Assembly (NCBI RefSeq): GCF_964213995.1
Contig: NW_027590119.1
Coordinates: 558,001-622,000 of the forward strand
DNA: 64,000 nucleotides
Reading direction: 5' to 3'
Origin: Mustelus asterias
Lineage: Eukaryota
Below the pieces are notes generated by a model. The model searched no databases and was not told the origin of the DNA. It was given only the letters and a program-made list of their open reading frames with translations. This document shows, piece after piece, positions 11,966-24,630 of the stretch. The first letter of the stretch is position 1. Each line of letters starts with the position of its first letter. Made by a program: the position numbers and the translations under genes.

Positions 11966-13919
11966 TATAGCTTGAATATGTTTTTCTTTTCTTTATTCTT
12001 TAGTTCTCATTTTTGTGTCTTGATTTCCACCACCATTGAATTTATAATCTGCAATGATATTTCATTGACTGGGAATATAGAACATAAATGACATGGAATC
12101 CAAATGCCACAGAAGGAGGAGATTAATCTGAGGTGCCCTTATTTCGCCATCCGCTGCCCATCCGTAAATATGGAGGTAATTGTTTGTCGTATTTTCCTTT
12201 GTAAGTAGCGGTGTAAATACACCGACACTTATCTTTAGAGTAAATCAATCCTCTATTAGTAACCCCACAACAAACCATAGTTAAATTAAAATACGAGGGC
12301 TTGATACTTTACGTATACACACAGAAAACACAGGAAGCGGTGTTTGCAATACCTTCTCCTATTACACTCATATAATGAAAGAGAAATTCGTAAAATAAAG
12401 AGGTACGGGGCAAGGCCACGATTACAAAGCAAAAGCTATCATTTAAGGTGAGTGTGGAGTCCAAAATCCAGAGGGCAATGATCACTTTCTTGAGAGGACA
12501 CCAGCTAAATGTTGGAGGATGATACTTTCCAGAGGGAAGGCCGTCCACGATGAGTGAAGAAACGGAGGGTAAGATTGCTCAGGAAGGTACAGGCACATAA
12601 ATTCCAGTATTCCAGTCTTACACAGTGCAGACCGTGGCTAAGCAATTTGGCTGGACAAGCATTCTGTTGCTATCTGCTCGATGACAAAATGACTGATCCT
12701 CTGAACCTTCCAGCACCTTCAGTTAATATCACCTTATGGTGAAGGAAACAAAGCAGCGAGTGACTCCATTCCCAATGAACATGATTTCACTCGAGTTGAG
12801 ATGTACATCAAATCTCAAGTCCAGTTCTACCTGATTGCAGAATTTATGTGCAAAAAACAACACATCAGGGATAATATATTGATGTTGTCCATGTACCAGA
12901 ATGAATTGACCAGAGTGACTCATTCTCTTTCTCTGAGTGCCTCTTTCTCATTCTCAGAGTGCCTGAGACTCTCAACACTCGGTAGCCTACATGCTACATG
13001 ATGGTCTCTACCAACAAGCACACGAACGAGGCAGGGGATAGAGGACAGCCCCTTTTTGTTCCAAACGTTATTGTTTTTATTTCAATTTATACATGGTTAA
13101 TATCTGTAGATCAGAGAGATACAAATGATTGTCCATTCCACAAAACACATTCAGTGTTTTTAAGGCCATTGACGAGATCAGAAGGACAATGGCAGGTGTT
13201 GAATTCCCTTTGCTTGTACGGGACAATTCTGTGGGATATTATTGAGGTGACTGAGGAATACATGAGGGTGGCATGAAGTAAAAAATCCAACTGAATCCTG
13301 AAAGCTAATGGACAGCTGGGATATATTTGATGGTGGCAACGCGCTGAACGTAAGTGGAAATGGAGACGACGATAAATTGATGGTGCAGATTTTTGGGGGT
13401 GGAGTTCTGGGAAACTACACACGATTTTGGTTCTTATCGAGGGTTTAACATAGCAGTTGCAAAGACGAAACGAAATCATTGCCGAGTTTGCTCAAATATG
13501 TTGAGGTATAACTGCAGAATCTGAAAGTATAATATAAACTGCAGTGTCGAATTTGCACCAACTGAGCAAAGACAGCAGAAATGGAAAAATGGAAGAACAA
13601 ACTAGGGTCTTACAATAGGCCGCTCCAGTGGATACCTGTACAGTATGGTTCTGGGCAGTTGTTGTGTTTATCATCTCTGAGGGCGAGAGCCTGACCCCAG
13701 AAATCTGCACATCAAATTCGTGGAAGGGAATGGAAAATGCAGAGGGGATCCAATACGTGACTAGGATCGAATTTGGAAGAAAACGATATGCGATTTTACA
13801 GGTCAGGGACTGACCAGAAGCAACGCTAATGCAGTCACCACTGTACGTGGAAAACAAGCGCGGCTGACAAACTTAATTCGGATTTGGAAACGAGTCGTCC
13901 ACAATTCCTTCTGAGTGCA

Positions 13920-15276
13920 ATACGTAGCGTGTCCTAATGACTGTCGGCCGGTGGCTCTGACATCCATCACTATGAAGTCCTTGGAAAGATTAGTCATGGG
14001 ACGAATCAATTCCCGCCTCCAGAACTACCTGGATCCACTACAGTTTGCCTACCACCGTAACAGATCCACAGCAGACGCCATTTCCCTGGCCCAGCACTCA
14101 TCCCTGGAACACCTAGATAACAAGGACATCTATATCAGACTCCTATTTATTGACTGCAGCTCAGTCTTCAACACTATTACTCCCACGAAACTCATCTCCA
14201 AACTCCGTGTCCTGGGCCTCAGCACTTTCCTCTGCGACTGGATCCTGAACTTCCTAACTCACAGACCACAATCAGTAAGGATAGGCAACAACACCTCCTC
14301 CACGATTATCCTCAACACCGGTGACCCACAAGGCTGTATTCTCAGCCCCCGACTGTATTCCTTATACGTCTATGACTTTGTGGCCAAATTCCCCTCCAAT
14401 TCGATTTTCAAGTTTGCTGACGACACCACCATAGTGGGTTGAATCTCAAACAATGACGAGACAGAGTACAGGAATGAGATAGAGAATCTGGTGAACTGGT
14501 GCGGTAACAATAATCTCTGCCTCAATGTCAACAAAACGAAGGAGATTGTCATTGACTTCAGGAAGCGTAAAGGAGAACATGCCCCTTTCTACTTCAAGGG
14601 GGACGAAGTAGAAAGGGTCGAGAGCTCCAAATTTTTTGGTGTCCAGATCACCAACAACCTGTCCTGGTAACCCCATGCTGACACTGTAGTTAAGAAATTT
14701 CACCAAAACCTCTACTTTCTCAGAAGACTAAGGAAATTTGCCATGTCAGTTACGACTTTCATCAACCTTTATAGATGCACCGTAGAAAGCATTATTTCTG
14801 ATTGTATCACAGCTTGGTATGGCTCCTGCTCTGCCCAAGACCGCAAGGAACTACAAAAGGTCGTGAATGTAGCTCAATCTATCACGCAAACCAGCCTCCC
14901 ATCAATTGACTCTGTCTACACTTCACGCTGCCTCGGCAAAGCAGCCAGCATAATTAAGGACCCCACGCACCCCGGACATTCTCTGTTCCATCTTCTTCCT
15001 TTGGGAAACAAATATACAAAAGTCTGAGGTCACGTACCAACCGACTCAAGAGCAACTACTTCCCTGCTGCTGCCAGACTTTTGAATGGACTTACCTTGCA
15101 TTAAGTTGATCTTTCTATGCACCCTATCTATGACTGTAACACTGCATTCTGCATTCTCTCGTTTCCTTTTCCATGAACCGTATGTTTTGTCTCTATAGAG
15201 CGGAAGAAACAATACTTTTCACTGTATGTTAATTCACGTGACAATAATAAATCAAATCCAATCAAATCAAATCAAA
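13920..15276 (+). mobile_element. Rex1/Babar-type non-LTR retrotransposon, 5'-truncated and decayed
   Basis: RT motifs [57 protein letters not shown]; C-terminal ESIISDCITAWYG; (aatca)n tail; in-frame stops. Confidence 0.8.
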
Positions 15277-15278
15277 AC

Positions 15279-15592
15279 ACACGGTAGCCCAGTGGTTAGC
15301 ACTGCTGCTTCACAGCTCCAGGGTCCTGGGTTCGATCTGTGTGGCGTTTGCACATTTTCCTCATGTCTGCGTGGGTTTCCTCCGGGTGCTCCGGTTTCCT
15401 TCCACAGTCCAAAGATGTGCGGGTTAGGTTGATTGGCTATGCTAAAAAATTGCCCTTAGTGTCCTGAGATGTGTAGGTTAGAGAGATTAGCAGGTAAATA
15501 TGTAGGGATATGGGGGTAGGGCCTGGGTGGGATTGTGGTCGGTGCAGACTCGATGGGCCGAATGGCCTCTTTCTGTGCTGTAGGGTTTCTAT
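15279..15592 (+). mobile_element. HE1/V-SINE
   Basis: Characteristic head and V domain gggtttcctccgggtgctccggtttcc, CR1-like tail. Confidence 0.88.
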
Positions 15593-16198
15593 GAAAACAT
15601 AGATAGAACTCAAGGATACACATAACAATAAACTTAACCTGAAGAAAACGAATGAGTTCGGGCACGCTACTCTGGCTATCAGTGTTAAGTCAGCATGGGC
15701 ATAATGTCACGAACTGTGCTGAATAAGAACGTCCAACAAGCTGGGTGAACATATGCGCCCATGAATTACAATCGCCGGTGGAAAAGCATTGTCCGCCAAA
15801 AATAGAAAAAAAATGCATACTTAAATTCAGCACCGATGGCTGCAGCAGCTTCGGACGCTCAACGCAGCCATTTCACCAGGTGCCAGCGCATCGCAAGAAA
15901 TTGCAAAGTACACCCCCTTATGAAGCAGCAAGCCTGGTAACGCTCTTGTGCTCCATGTTGCAAATGGCAGTTTTGCAGTGAAAATGGGACCCTTGCTCTT
16001 ATAAAAGGAAATTATTTGTATTTGCATTCCATTCCTTGCTATTTCTTTCAAATAGTTCATACTGATGATATTTTCTCACTCACACAGCATTTTTAAAAGT
16101 TATTTTAATTGTTAAAAATGAGTATTATTTGAGATGTGTAAATAAAAGTTTGATTTGTTTCAAATTTGTGAAAGTACTATTTAGAGTCATACAATCAG

Positions 16199-16327
16199 AG
16201 GGTTGAATTTTCCCTTTCCAGCCGCCACAGGAATTGTAGCGAATGAGGGGCGGACAAGGGAAAGATCCGTTGACCACGGGCGGGATTTACCAGTTTTGGA
16301 ATGAATGCAACCAACAAATTCTACTCG
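16199..16327. mobile_element. Possible short non-autonomous DNA element (Harbinger-type MITE remnant)
   Basis: Imperfect terminal inverted repeats gggttgaattt / aaattctactc. Confidence 0.35.
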
Positions 16328-16387
16328 AAGGACGCCATTCTGCCGATGGTTTCTGAACTGAAAAGAGTTCGGTAATCCTCCTCAATC

Positions 16388-16588
16388 TGAGGGCAATTTA
16401 GCATGGATAATCAACCTAACATGCACATAATTGGATGATGGAAGGAAACCGCAGCACCCAGAGGAAAGCCATACAGACAAGGGGAGAACGTGCAAACTCC
16501 ACACAGACAGTGACCCAAGGCAATAATTGAACCTGCCTCCCTGGGTCTGTGAGGCAGCAGTGCTAACCATTGTGTCACCGTGTCGCCC
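16388..16588 (-). mobile_element. HE1/V-SINE fragment
   Basis: Reverse-complement SINE head and V domain. Confidence 0.8.
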
Positions 16589-17102
16589 TAAATCTGCACT
16601 GTTTTAATATGTAACTTTTTAATAAGTGTGTCATGGTTATAACTGTTTGTGTGTTTTAATTTAGAACATTTTCAGAACTTTTTGAACCATGATTTGGATA
16701 TCTGCATGAAATTGATCAAAGGAGAGTTCCGTTTTGGGCCGTGGAAAATCTAAATGTGTTTGTCATTCGTATTTTCTGCCTTGCTTACTTTAATTATAAT
16801 TCTCATATTTAACTGGTATGTTTTAATAAAGCTTTTGTATCAATTCAGATTGAAATGTTGTTTTGTTTCAATAAAGCTTTACTAGAATTGTGTAGTTTAA
16901 GAAAGAATAATTATGAATAAATATAATGTTATAATCACAAAACATTGATACCATGTTCACATTAACGTAAACAGTTTATTCAGTAGCTGCACTGACATGT
17001 TTAATTGCCTCGTATCTTCAAGTTTCTTTCAAAATAAATTTCTGTAACCACAATCAATGAAATATCGATACATTAACACAACAATGCTGTTGTCGCTAAA
17101 CA

Positions 17103-17278
17103 AGGAGATGGGCGATGGATCAGAAGAGGGGTAAGGAGGGGATGGGACGGGTAAAGGAGGGGTAAGAGAGAGGAGCGGAGTGGAAAAGGAAGGGAGGGAA
17201 AAAGCAGAGGAGGGGGAAAGTTGGGAAGGGAAAAAGGATGGGAGAAAAAGAGGGAGAGAAAAATGGGAGGTGGAAGGG
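17103..17278. repeat. Polypurine/polypyrimidine tract with G-runs
   Basis: ~175 nt almost entirely G/A on the + strand, with several GGG(G) runs. Confidence 0.75.
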
Positions 17279-18034
17279 TTTAGATTTTACACATAGCGTG
17301 GCTCTTCCATGCCGACATCAAAGTCTCAAAAAGAACTTCAGTTAAGAATCAAGTGAAAAGTGTGATGCTCCAACGGTGGTAGATCACGACTCCAGTTTTT
17401 AAAGTTGCACTGGATGCTGAGTTCACATCAGCTCAAATGATCATCTGAAGGGATACGCTTTCCTGAAATATTTGAACTAGCCGAGTTACACAAGGATCAA
17501 CGTTGCATCAGGGAGACTCTTAAAATAGAGTTAAAATTGCTTCAACTACGTTGCAAATTCCAAACTCTGAAATTCGTTCCAAAAACTGACATCCACTTTG
17601 TTATACAAGAACGAAAATTTTAATGGAATTAGTTGTCATGACAAAGTTGATAAACAATCTTATTTTTTCACTTCCGTTGTTTTATTTATATCTTAAACAA
17701 CTTTTAAAAACATATACCAAAAGAAAACCAACCTCAAGAATGCCTCTACGCGTTGTAGCCAGACCAAAAAAAAGAGCAAATAAATAACGGCAATAACTCA
17801 CCTAAGCACAGCGGAAGTGTCGAGGTTTTGGCACAATTACAGTTTCGCGCTTCAGGGTCGGCAGCTTTCCGAACCTCCATAGGAGGTGTCAAATTAGCGC
17901 GCTTAATGTTCACAGGCGCATGCACCGTGACTTCCGTGACGCCCCACGCGCAAGCCCGTAATCAACGGATCCCAGCATTTCGGGCCAAAAGTTGCAGCCA
18001 GAGAATCTAGCATCAGCATTGGCAAAGTCAAGCA

Positions 18035-18106
18035 TGATTGCGTCAAGATTTGAACTCATATCGCTGAATTCAGGGTCCAGAATGCTCAACCGTGCACCAA
18101 AGAACA
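18035..18106 (-). pseudogene. tRNA-Gln(CTG) pseudogene
   Basis: Minus strand TGTTCTTTGGTGCACGGTTGAGCATTCTGGACCCTGAATTCAGCGATATGAGTTCAAATCTTGACGCAATCA aligns to vertebrate tRNA-Gln; acceptor stem broken. Confidence 0.75.
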
Positions 18107-18350
18107 CACTACTTTATCGAAAATTGAATTTTAAACAGCGGGGAAATTCAGCAAATTCCACTTCAATCACATTGCAGGCGATGCAGCAATTGACACTCCT
18201 GGCGTCACTGCGTCAGCCCCAGAGGACGATTGCTCAAGAATACAAAGCGACCAGGGGCAGAGAAGCTACATGGGGCAGGAGTCCACCAACAGGTGTGATT
18301 CACTCACTCATCTGTTCGAATTTTAACAGTAGCTGGGTCGACGAGAATAG

Positions 18351-18422
18351 TGGTTCCACTGAGATTCGAACTTGCATCCTGAATTCAAAGTTCCAGATTG
18401 CTAACCGTTACATCATGGAACC
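18351..18422 (-). pseudogene. tRNA-Gln(TTG) pseudogene
   Basis: GGTTCCATGATGTAACGGTTAGCAATCTGGAACTTTGAATTCAGGATGCAAGTTCGAATCTCAGTGGAACCA; acceptor stem intact, anticodon and T stems disrupted. Confidence 0.8.
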
Positions 18423-18777
18423 GATCGGACCCTGGTGTAATGCACGAGGCCTTTGCCTCAAACACACACACGCACAGAGATAAATGCACACACACACACA
18501 AACGCACATACACTTTCTCAATAATTGACAGACTCCAGTCGAATGGTTGTTATTATGTGACACCAGCTGCTCCTTTCTTTCAACAGAGCAGTTAAAGTGT
18601 AGCGAAGAGATGAAAAACATTGACGTTGCGGGCATCTGGCACCAGAGGCTCAATGATGTGCATTGTAATAGCAGCTGAACTTGCTGACAAATTGCCCTCT
18701 CCATTCGTACTTTGTGAAAAATTTAAACGAATCAGCAAATCAGCAAATCGATCTTCAGGCATTGGTAAAGAAAAGTA

Positions 18778-18848
18778 AGGTTTCGCCGAGACTTGAACTC
18801 AGATCGTTGAAATCAGAGTCCAGAGCTCTCCACATTACAAACAGAGCC
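18778..18848 (-). pseudogene. tRNA-Gln(CTG) pseudogene
   Basis: GGCTCTGTTTGTAATGTGGAGAGCTCTGGACTCTGATTTCAACGATCTGAGTTCAAGTCTCGGCGAAACCT; recognisable anticodon and T arms. Confidence 0.7.
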
Positions 18849-19304
18849 AGAAATCAGCAGGCAACTGCAAATGTTCGCTCAAAGCATTTGACGTCTTTCA
18901 TTCAATGTGGCAGCAACAGCAAATGTAACAACAATAAGCCAGAAATTCCCATCGCCGTCGGAAATGCATAAATAGAAAAAAAAAGTACATGCTTGCATTT
19001 CAGGAGCAGCTCCGCCGAAACTGGCGATGTCTGCAGCATCCGCAGACCAACAGCGAAACCTTCTGGCCAGGCCCCAGCGTTTCGCAAGAGATTGCTAACC
19101 GTGCCCCCTTATGACGTGAAAAGCCTGGGAACGCGCATTGAGGTCCAGGTTCAAAAAATCTTTCTTGCAGTGAAAACGGGACCCTGCTCTCCTACAGGCA
19201 TGTAGTCGCATTTCATTTCATTTTGCTATTTCTTTTAAGTTCTTAATATTGCTGTTATTGGCTCATTCACCTGTATTTTTTTTATTCATTGAACATGATT
19301 ATTA

Positions 19305-20207
19305 CCATAGAACCATAGAACCATAGAACCATAGAAAATTACAGCTCAGAAACAGGCCTTTTGGCCCTTCTTGTCTGTGCCGAACCATTTTTTGCCCAGT
19401 CCCACTGACCCGCACTTGGACCATATCCCTCCACATCCCTCTCATCCATGAACCCGTCCAAGTTTTTCTTAAATGTTAAAAGTGACCCCGCATTTACCAC
19501 TTTATCCGTCAGCTCATTCCACACTCCCACCACTCTCTGCGTGAAGAAGCCCCCCCTAATATTCCCTTTAAACTTTTCTCCTTTCACCCTTAACCCATGC
19601 CCTCTGGTTTTTTTCTCCCCTCGCCTCAGCGGAAAAAGCCTGCTTGCATTCACTCTATCGATACCCATCAAAATCTTATACACCTCTATCAAATCTCCCC
19701 TCAATCTTCTACGCTCCAGGGAATAAAGTCCCTACCTATTCAATCTCTCTCTGTAATTCAGCTTCTCAAGTCCCGGCAACATCCTTGTGAACCTTCTCTG
19801 CACTCTTTCAATCTTATTTACATCCTTCCTGTAACTAGGTGACCAAAACTGTACACAATACTCCAAATTCGGCCTCACCAATGCCTTATATAACCTTACC
19901 ATAACACTCCAACCTTTATACTCGATACTCCGATTTATAAAGGCCAATGTACCAAAGGCACTCTTTACGACCCTATCCACCTGTGACGTCACTTTTAGGG
20001 AATTCTGTACCTGTATTCCCAGATCCCTCTGTTCAACTGCACTGTTCAGAGTCCTACCATTTACCCTGTACGTTCTACTTTGATTTGTCCTTCCAAAGTG
20101 CAATATCTCACACTTGTCTGCGTTAAATTCCATTTGCCATTTTTCAGCCCATTTTTCCAGTTGTTCCAAATCCCTCTGCAAGCTTTGAAAACCTTCCTCA
20201 CTGTCCA
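19305..20207 (-). mobile_element. Young CR1 3' fragment
   Basis: ORFs 19732-20208 and 19339-19704 are consecutive ORF2 C-terminal pieces; (tatggttc)n tail. Confidence 0.92.
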
Positions 20208-21404
20208 TTACTTAACATGCATGAATACAAAATGTTTTATTGGTTTCAAATCTGTGAAGTTTGCTCTGTTTCCTACATTGCAATAGTGAATCCACTTCAA
20301 AATAACTTTATTGGCGAGAAAACACTTCGAGATTCCGGTGATGGTGAAAGGTGCTATGCAAATGAGTGTTTTTTTCTCTGAATCGATGTCACTGATTATT
20401 GTTCTCTATTTTCAACGCAGTAGATCAAACTTCCCCACTCGATCGAGGTCCCTCATTTTCAAAACTCAATATAATCTCCCCTTTGCCTCCAATACTCCAA
20501 TGAGAACAAACACATTCAATCAAATGTTCCCTCACAGCTCATTGCGTTGTGTGTACGTTCAGGAGCAATTCATGAATACTCTCCCCTCATCTCATCAAGA
20601 AATTGACGAAAGTAAGCCAAAAGCTCCAATATGTTCCATTCAGTCATCAATAACATCGTTCACAACTTGTTATTCAGAGCTGCATCTCCTTCCAAACAAT
20701 GCAAAATAATTTCCTCGGGATTTGTTCCGGCTTTATGCCCTCATTTTGAAATGAGATTCGCTTCAATATCTGACGCATGAATATCCTTGATCGTGAATGC
20801 TTTAATACACTTTTTTTTAACTCGCAAATTGATCACATCTCCATTAATTTGTCTCCAATTTGTTCGTATCTGTTCAAGCACACATTTCGAAATGACTTTC
20901 GCTTTAGTATCCAACACAAATTGAATTCCAAAACTGACGGACAAACACTGGGAAACAAATAACTGGGTAACACAAATCCGATTGTGTTCATTTTCAGATT
21001 CACAACACTCAGCCTTTCAATCAAATTGACTAATTTAAAACAGAAATTATTTAGAACGTTTAGGTAACATTTTTGTAAATCACTCGCTCGGGTATTTCGT
21101 AAATGCTGCTCGGAGGTTTCGTGAGCGTTCTCCTGTGCCTGTGCTCAGTGTATTGGGAGGTTTGACCCTGGTTGGAGCATCTTGTGTCCCAGGGATGGGC
21201 AGTAAGCTCTGATTAAAGCTGCAGTCGCCGCTTTCTGCTGGCATCTGGAGATTGAAGAATGTTGGGTAAAATCGTGCTGCTGCTCCCTGTTTCACTCACT
21301 GTAGAGGTGATTAAAGTATGTGATTATCTAAATTGCGATATATTTATAGATATGCAGTTGGTGAGGTGTAGACACATGATAGGGCTAGTTGCTTTCTCAT
21401 TATA

Positions 21405-21590
21405 CCATAGAATCCCGGCAGAAGAAGTCACTTGGCCCATCGAGTGCGCACCGACTCTCCGACAGAGAACCTAACTCAGGCCTACCACATTTTCCATAAC
21501 CCTATTCATTTCCCATAGCTAATACTGGGAAACTAAGAGGAAATTTAGCATGGATATTCCACTTAAATGTCCATCTTTGGACATATGCAT
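21405..21590 (-). mobile_element. HE1/V-SINE 3' fragment
   Basis: ggcccatcgagt..gcaccgac and aaatttagcatgg motifs. Confidence 0.6.
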
Positions 21591-22828
21591 CGGTACGCCT
21601 AGGGTGCTGTTGGGAAGGGTGTTCAGGATTTTGATCAGAGCACATATATTGAGAAATCAGGATGGCGAGTTCCACATGGTGTTTGTTTGATGTCTCAACT
21701 GCTATTGTCCTTCTGCATGCAAACAGTCGTGGATCTGCAACATGCTGCTCAAGGAGCCTTGCTGAGTTCATCAAATGCGCCAGATGGTGCTCACTGCTGT
21801 TATTTATCCAAATATTCACACTGCTCAGCAGGCCCTCAGATATTGTATGCATGACGAAGGATCTTACAAATTCGTCCAAGTTCATAGTCCAATAGTTCAC
21901 AAGGTAGAAGACTGATCAAAATGGTAGACGAGTAACAGCAGTCTTTCATTAAATTGCTGACACGTAAGCAAGTTTATGTGTGACAACAGCGTTTCTGTTT
22001 TGTTGTTAATAACAATGTCACTCGCAAGCAGCACTGCTTAAATTTGGACACCGGCTGAATAAATGAAAAGGTAACGGGTCAGTTTCAGTCTGGACATCAA
22101 AAGATCGAATGCGAGATGATAAATATTTCGCCTGACTTCATTGGTCCGGATCTGTCATTAGATACCAAATATTAACGATTTTATGCCGAAGCTTCGACAT
22201 CTCTCCTGCCTATCGGTTGAAACTTCATGTTAGCCTGTGTCTTGAAGCGGGAAATTGGGTGAAAGCTGAGACTGTCTCTGCTTTTGCACACCATGACCGT
22301 GAGAATTCCCAGGCCGACCATATGTGCAGTATTTACCAAAAATTAGAATAGAGATTCACTGTTGTGATTCATCCAGAATTTATAAACATTATATACACTA
22401 CTTTTGCAATGTCAACATGCCATTCAGAGCATAATCCGTGCTGAAGCTGATGATTCCACTGAATTTCATATAGATTTTTAAATTTGGCTGTTAATGATGC
22501 ATAAACATTTAAAAGCTAATTATGTAATTAGAGTCGATTCGCACTCTTCGTGGATACTATGAATGTTGTTCTCATTGATTATCTAAAAGAGTACCCAGTA
22601 AATAGATTGTTTTCTCCCTTGTCATTTCCCACCCCTGTTCCAATGTTTACAACAGAAGGGTTCCAGTGCAGGCTTGTGAGGGGGGAACAATCAGCGGGAG
22701 TAGTATTGCACACATTTCAAGGCACAATCTACCTTCCAGATACAAACCATACAGAGGAGGAATGCCGAGAGGAGTACACTAAGTAGTTAACGTATTGTAT
22801 TTAATATAGACAACATAGATCGACAACA

Positions 22829-23687
22829 TTAGAACATAGAACATAGAACAGTACAGCAACAGAATAGGCCCTTCGGCCCACGATGTTGTGCCGAGCTTTA
22901 TCTGAAACCAAGATCAAGCTATCCCACTCCCTATCATCCTGGTGTGCTCCATGTGCCTATCCAATATCCGCTTAAATGTTCCTAAAGTGTCTCACTCCAA
23001 TATCACTGCAGGCAGTCCATTCCACACCCCAACCACTCTCTGGGTAAAGAACCTACCTCTGATATCTTTCCTATATCTCCCACCATGAACCCTATAGTTA
23101 TGCCCCCTTGTAATAGCTCCATCCACCCGAGGAAATAGTCTTTGAACGCTCACTCTATCTATCCCCTTCATCATTTTATAAACCTCTATTAAGTCTCCCC
23201 TCAGCCTCCTCCGCTCCAGAGAGAACAGCCCTAGCTCCCTCAACCTTTCCTCATAAGACCTACCCTCCAAACCAGGCAGCATCCTGGTAAATCTCCTCTG
23301 CACTCTTTCCAGCGCTTCCACATCCTTCTTATAGTGAGGTGACCAGAACTGCACGCAATATTCCAAATGTGGTCTCACCAAGGTCCTGTACAGTTGCAGC
23401 ATAACACCACGGCTCTTAAACTCCAACCCCCTGTTAATAAAAGCTAACACACTATAGGCCTTCTTCACAGCTCTATCCACTTGAGTGGCAACCTTTAGTG
23501 ATCTGCGGGTATGGACCGCAAGATCTCTCTGTTCCTCCACAGTCTTCAGAGCCCTACCTTTGATCCTGTAATCCACATTTAAATTAGTCCTACCAAAATG
23601 AATCACCTCACATTGATCACGATTAAACTCCATTTCCCATTTTTCAGCCCAGCTTTGCATCCTATCTATGCCTCTTTGCAGTCTACA
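22829..23687 (-). mobile_element. Young CR1 3' fragment (subfamily of the 4609 and 39958 copies)
   Basis: ORF 22992-23774 carries ORF2 C-terminal motifs; (gttctat)n tail. Confidence 0.92.
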
Positions 23688-24630
23688 ACATTGGACGCAC
23701 TGCATAGGTATCTCTGCCGCCCCCATGACTGTTGCCATGCTATTCCCTCGAGGCACAGGGAATAACATTTGCAATTCATGTCATGTTTTATTTTGATCAT
23801 AATTTAAATAACTTAACAAAAGGACGTAATATATATTTCACGGAATTCTAAATTTGCATTGGGTCCCCGCATAAATAAATGGATTAATGCAGGAACTCAA
23901 AAGTTGCAGCATTAGTCCACTTTCTTCAAGAATATAATTGGATTTGCTGAAACTTGAACCTTCTAAATAAATAACGCTCGCAATTCGGACATAAAGGAAA
24001 GTTACAACAGCGAGCAAATATAATAGGATGAAACTGGCTGAGATGGCAAATAGTAAAATAATGGACTTATTCCTTTTCTCCATCTCTGGATCATTCTGAC
24101 TCTCTGCAATGCTCTGGGCTCGGAGTCTTCTGCGGGCTCGATTGGCTGCAACAATATGGTTGACAGTTAGAACATTGAGCATCAAAATAAGGACAAATGG
24201 GAGACAAGGTATTAAAATGGCATTTATGCTGCCATATGCGATCCATCCGGATGAAGTATTAAAATACTGATGTTAACTTGCAGTACCGAGGAATATTGTT
24301 AATGATAATGGAAGGTTCACAAGCAAAGAACAAGGGAATTTTTTTAGCACAGTGAACAAAACAGACAGTTCCTATCACCAAAGCTGAAATTTTCTTTTTG
24401 CAGTATTTTGTTTTTAGCCTTTGGCAACAAATAGCTATAAATCGATCGAAGGTGAAAGCGACTGTTAACCAGACAGAAGAATCCCTAACACCATATATCA
24501 GCACAAGACTGAGAGCAAAGGCTGGAGTGATTGAGAGGAAACTGAATGGAAAATATACACCCAAAATGCGATTTATTATCACCGCCAGGATCATGACCAG
24601 GAGATCTGTCACTGCCATGGACATCAAGTA

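Noticed and set aside
12621-12660. Perfect heptamer CACAGTG
   Set aside because: No nonamer at 12 or 23 spacing and no V-like coding sequence upstream
13628-13813. Signal-peptide-like ORF MDTCTVWFWAVVVFIISEG
   Set aside because: Starts at GTG, no canonical donor, no downstream exon found
4609-23687. Same-subfamily CR1 downstream of each GPCR gene, as evidence of a shared duplication
   Set aside because: Different distances from the stop codons and different truncation points; the CR1s are far more similar to each other than the genes are, so they are independent later insertions
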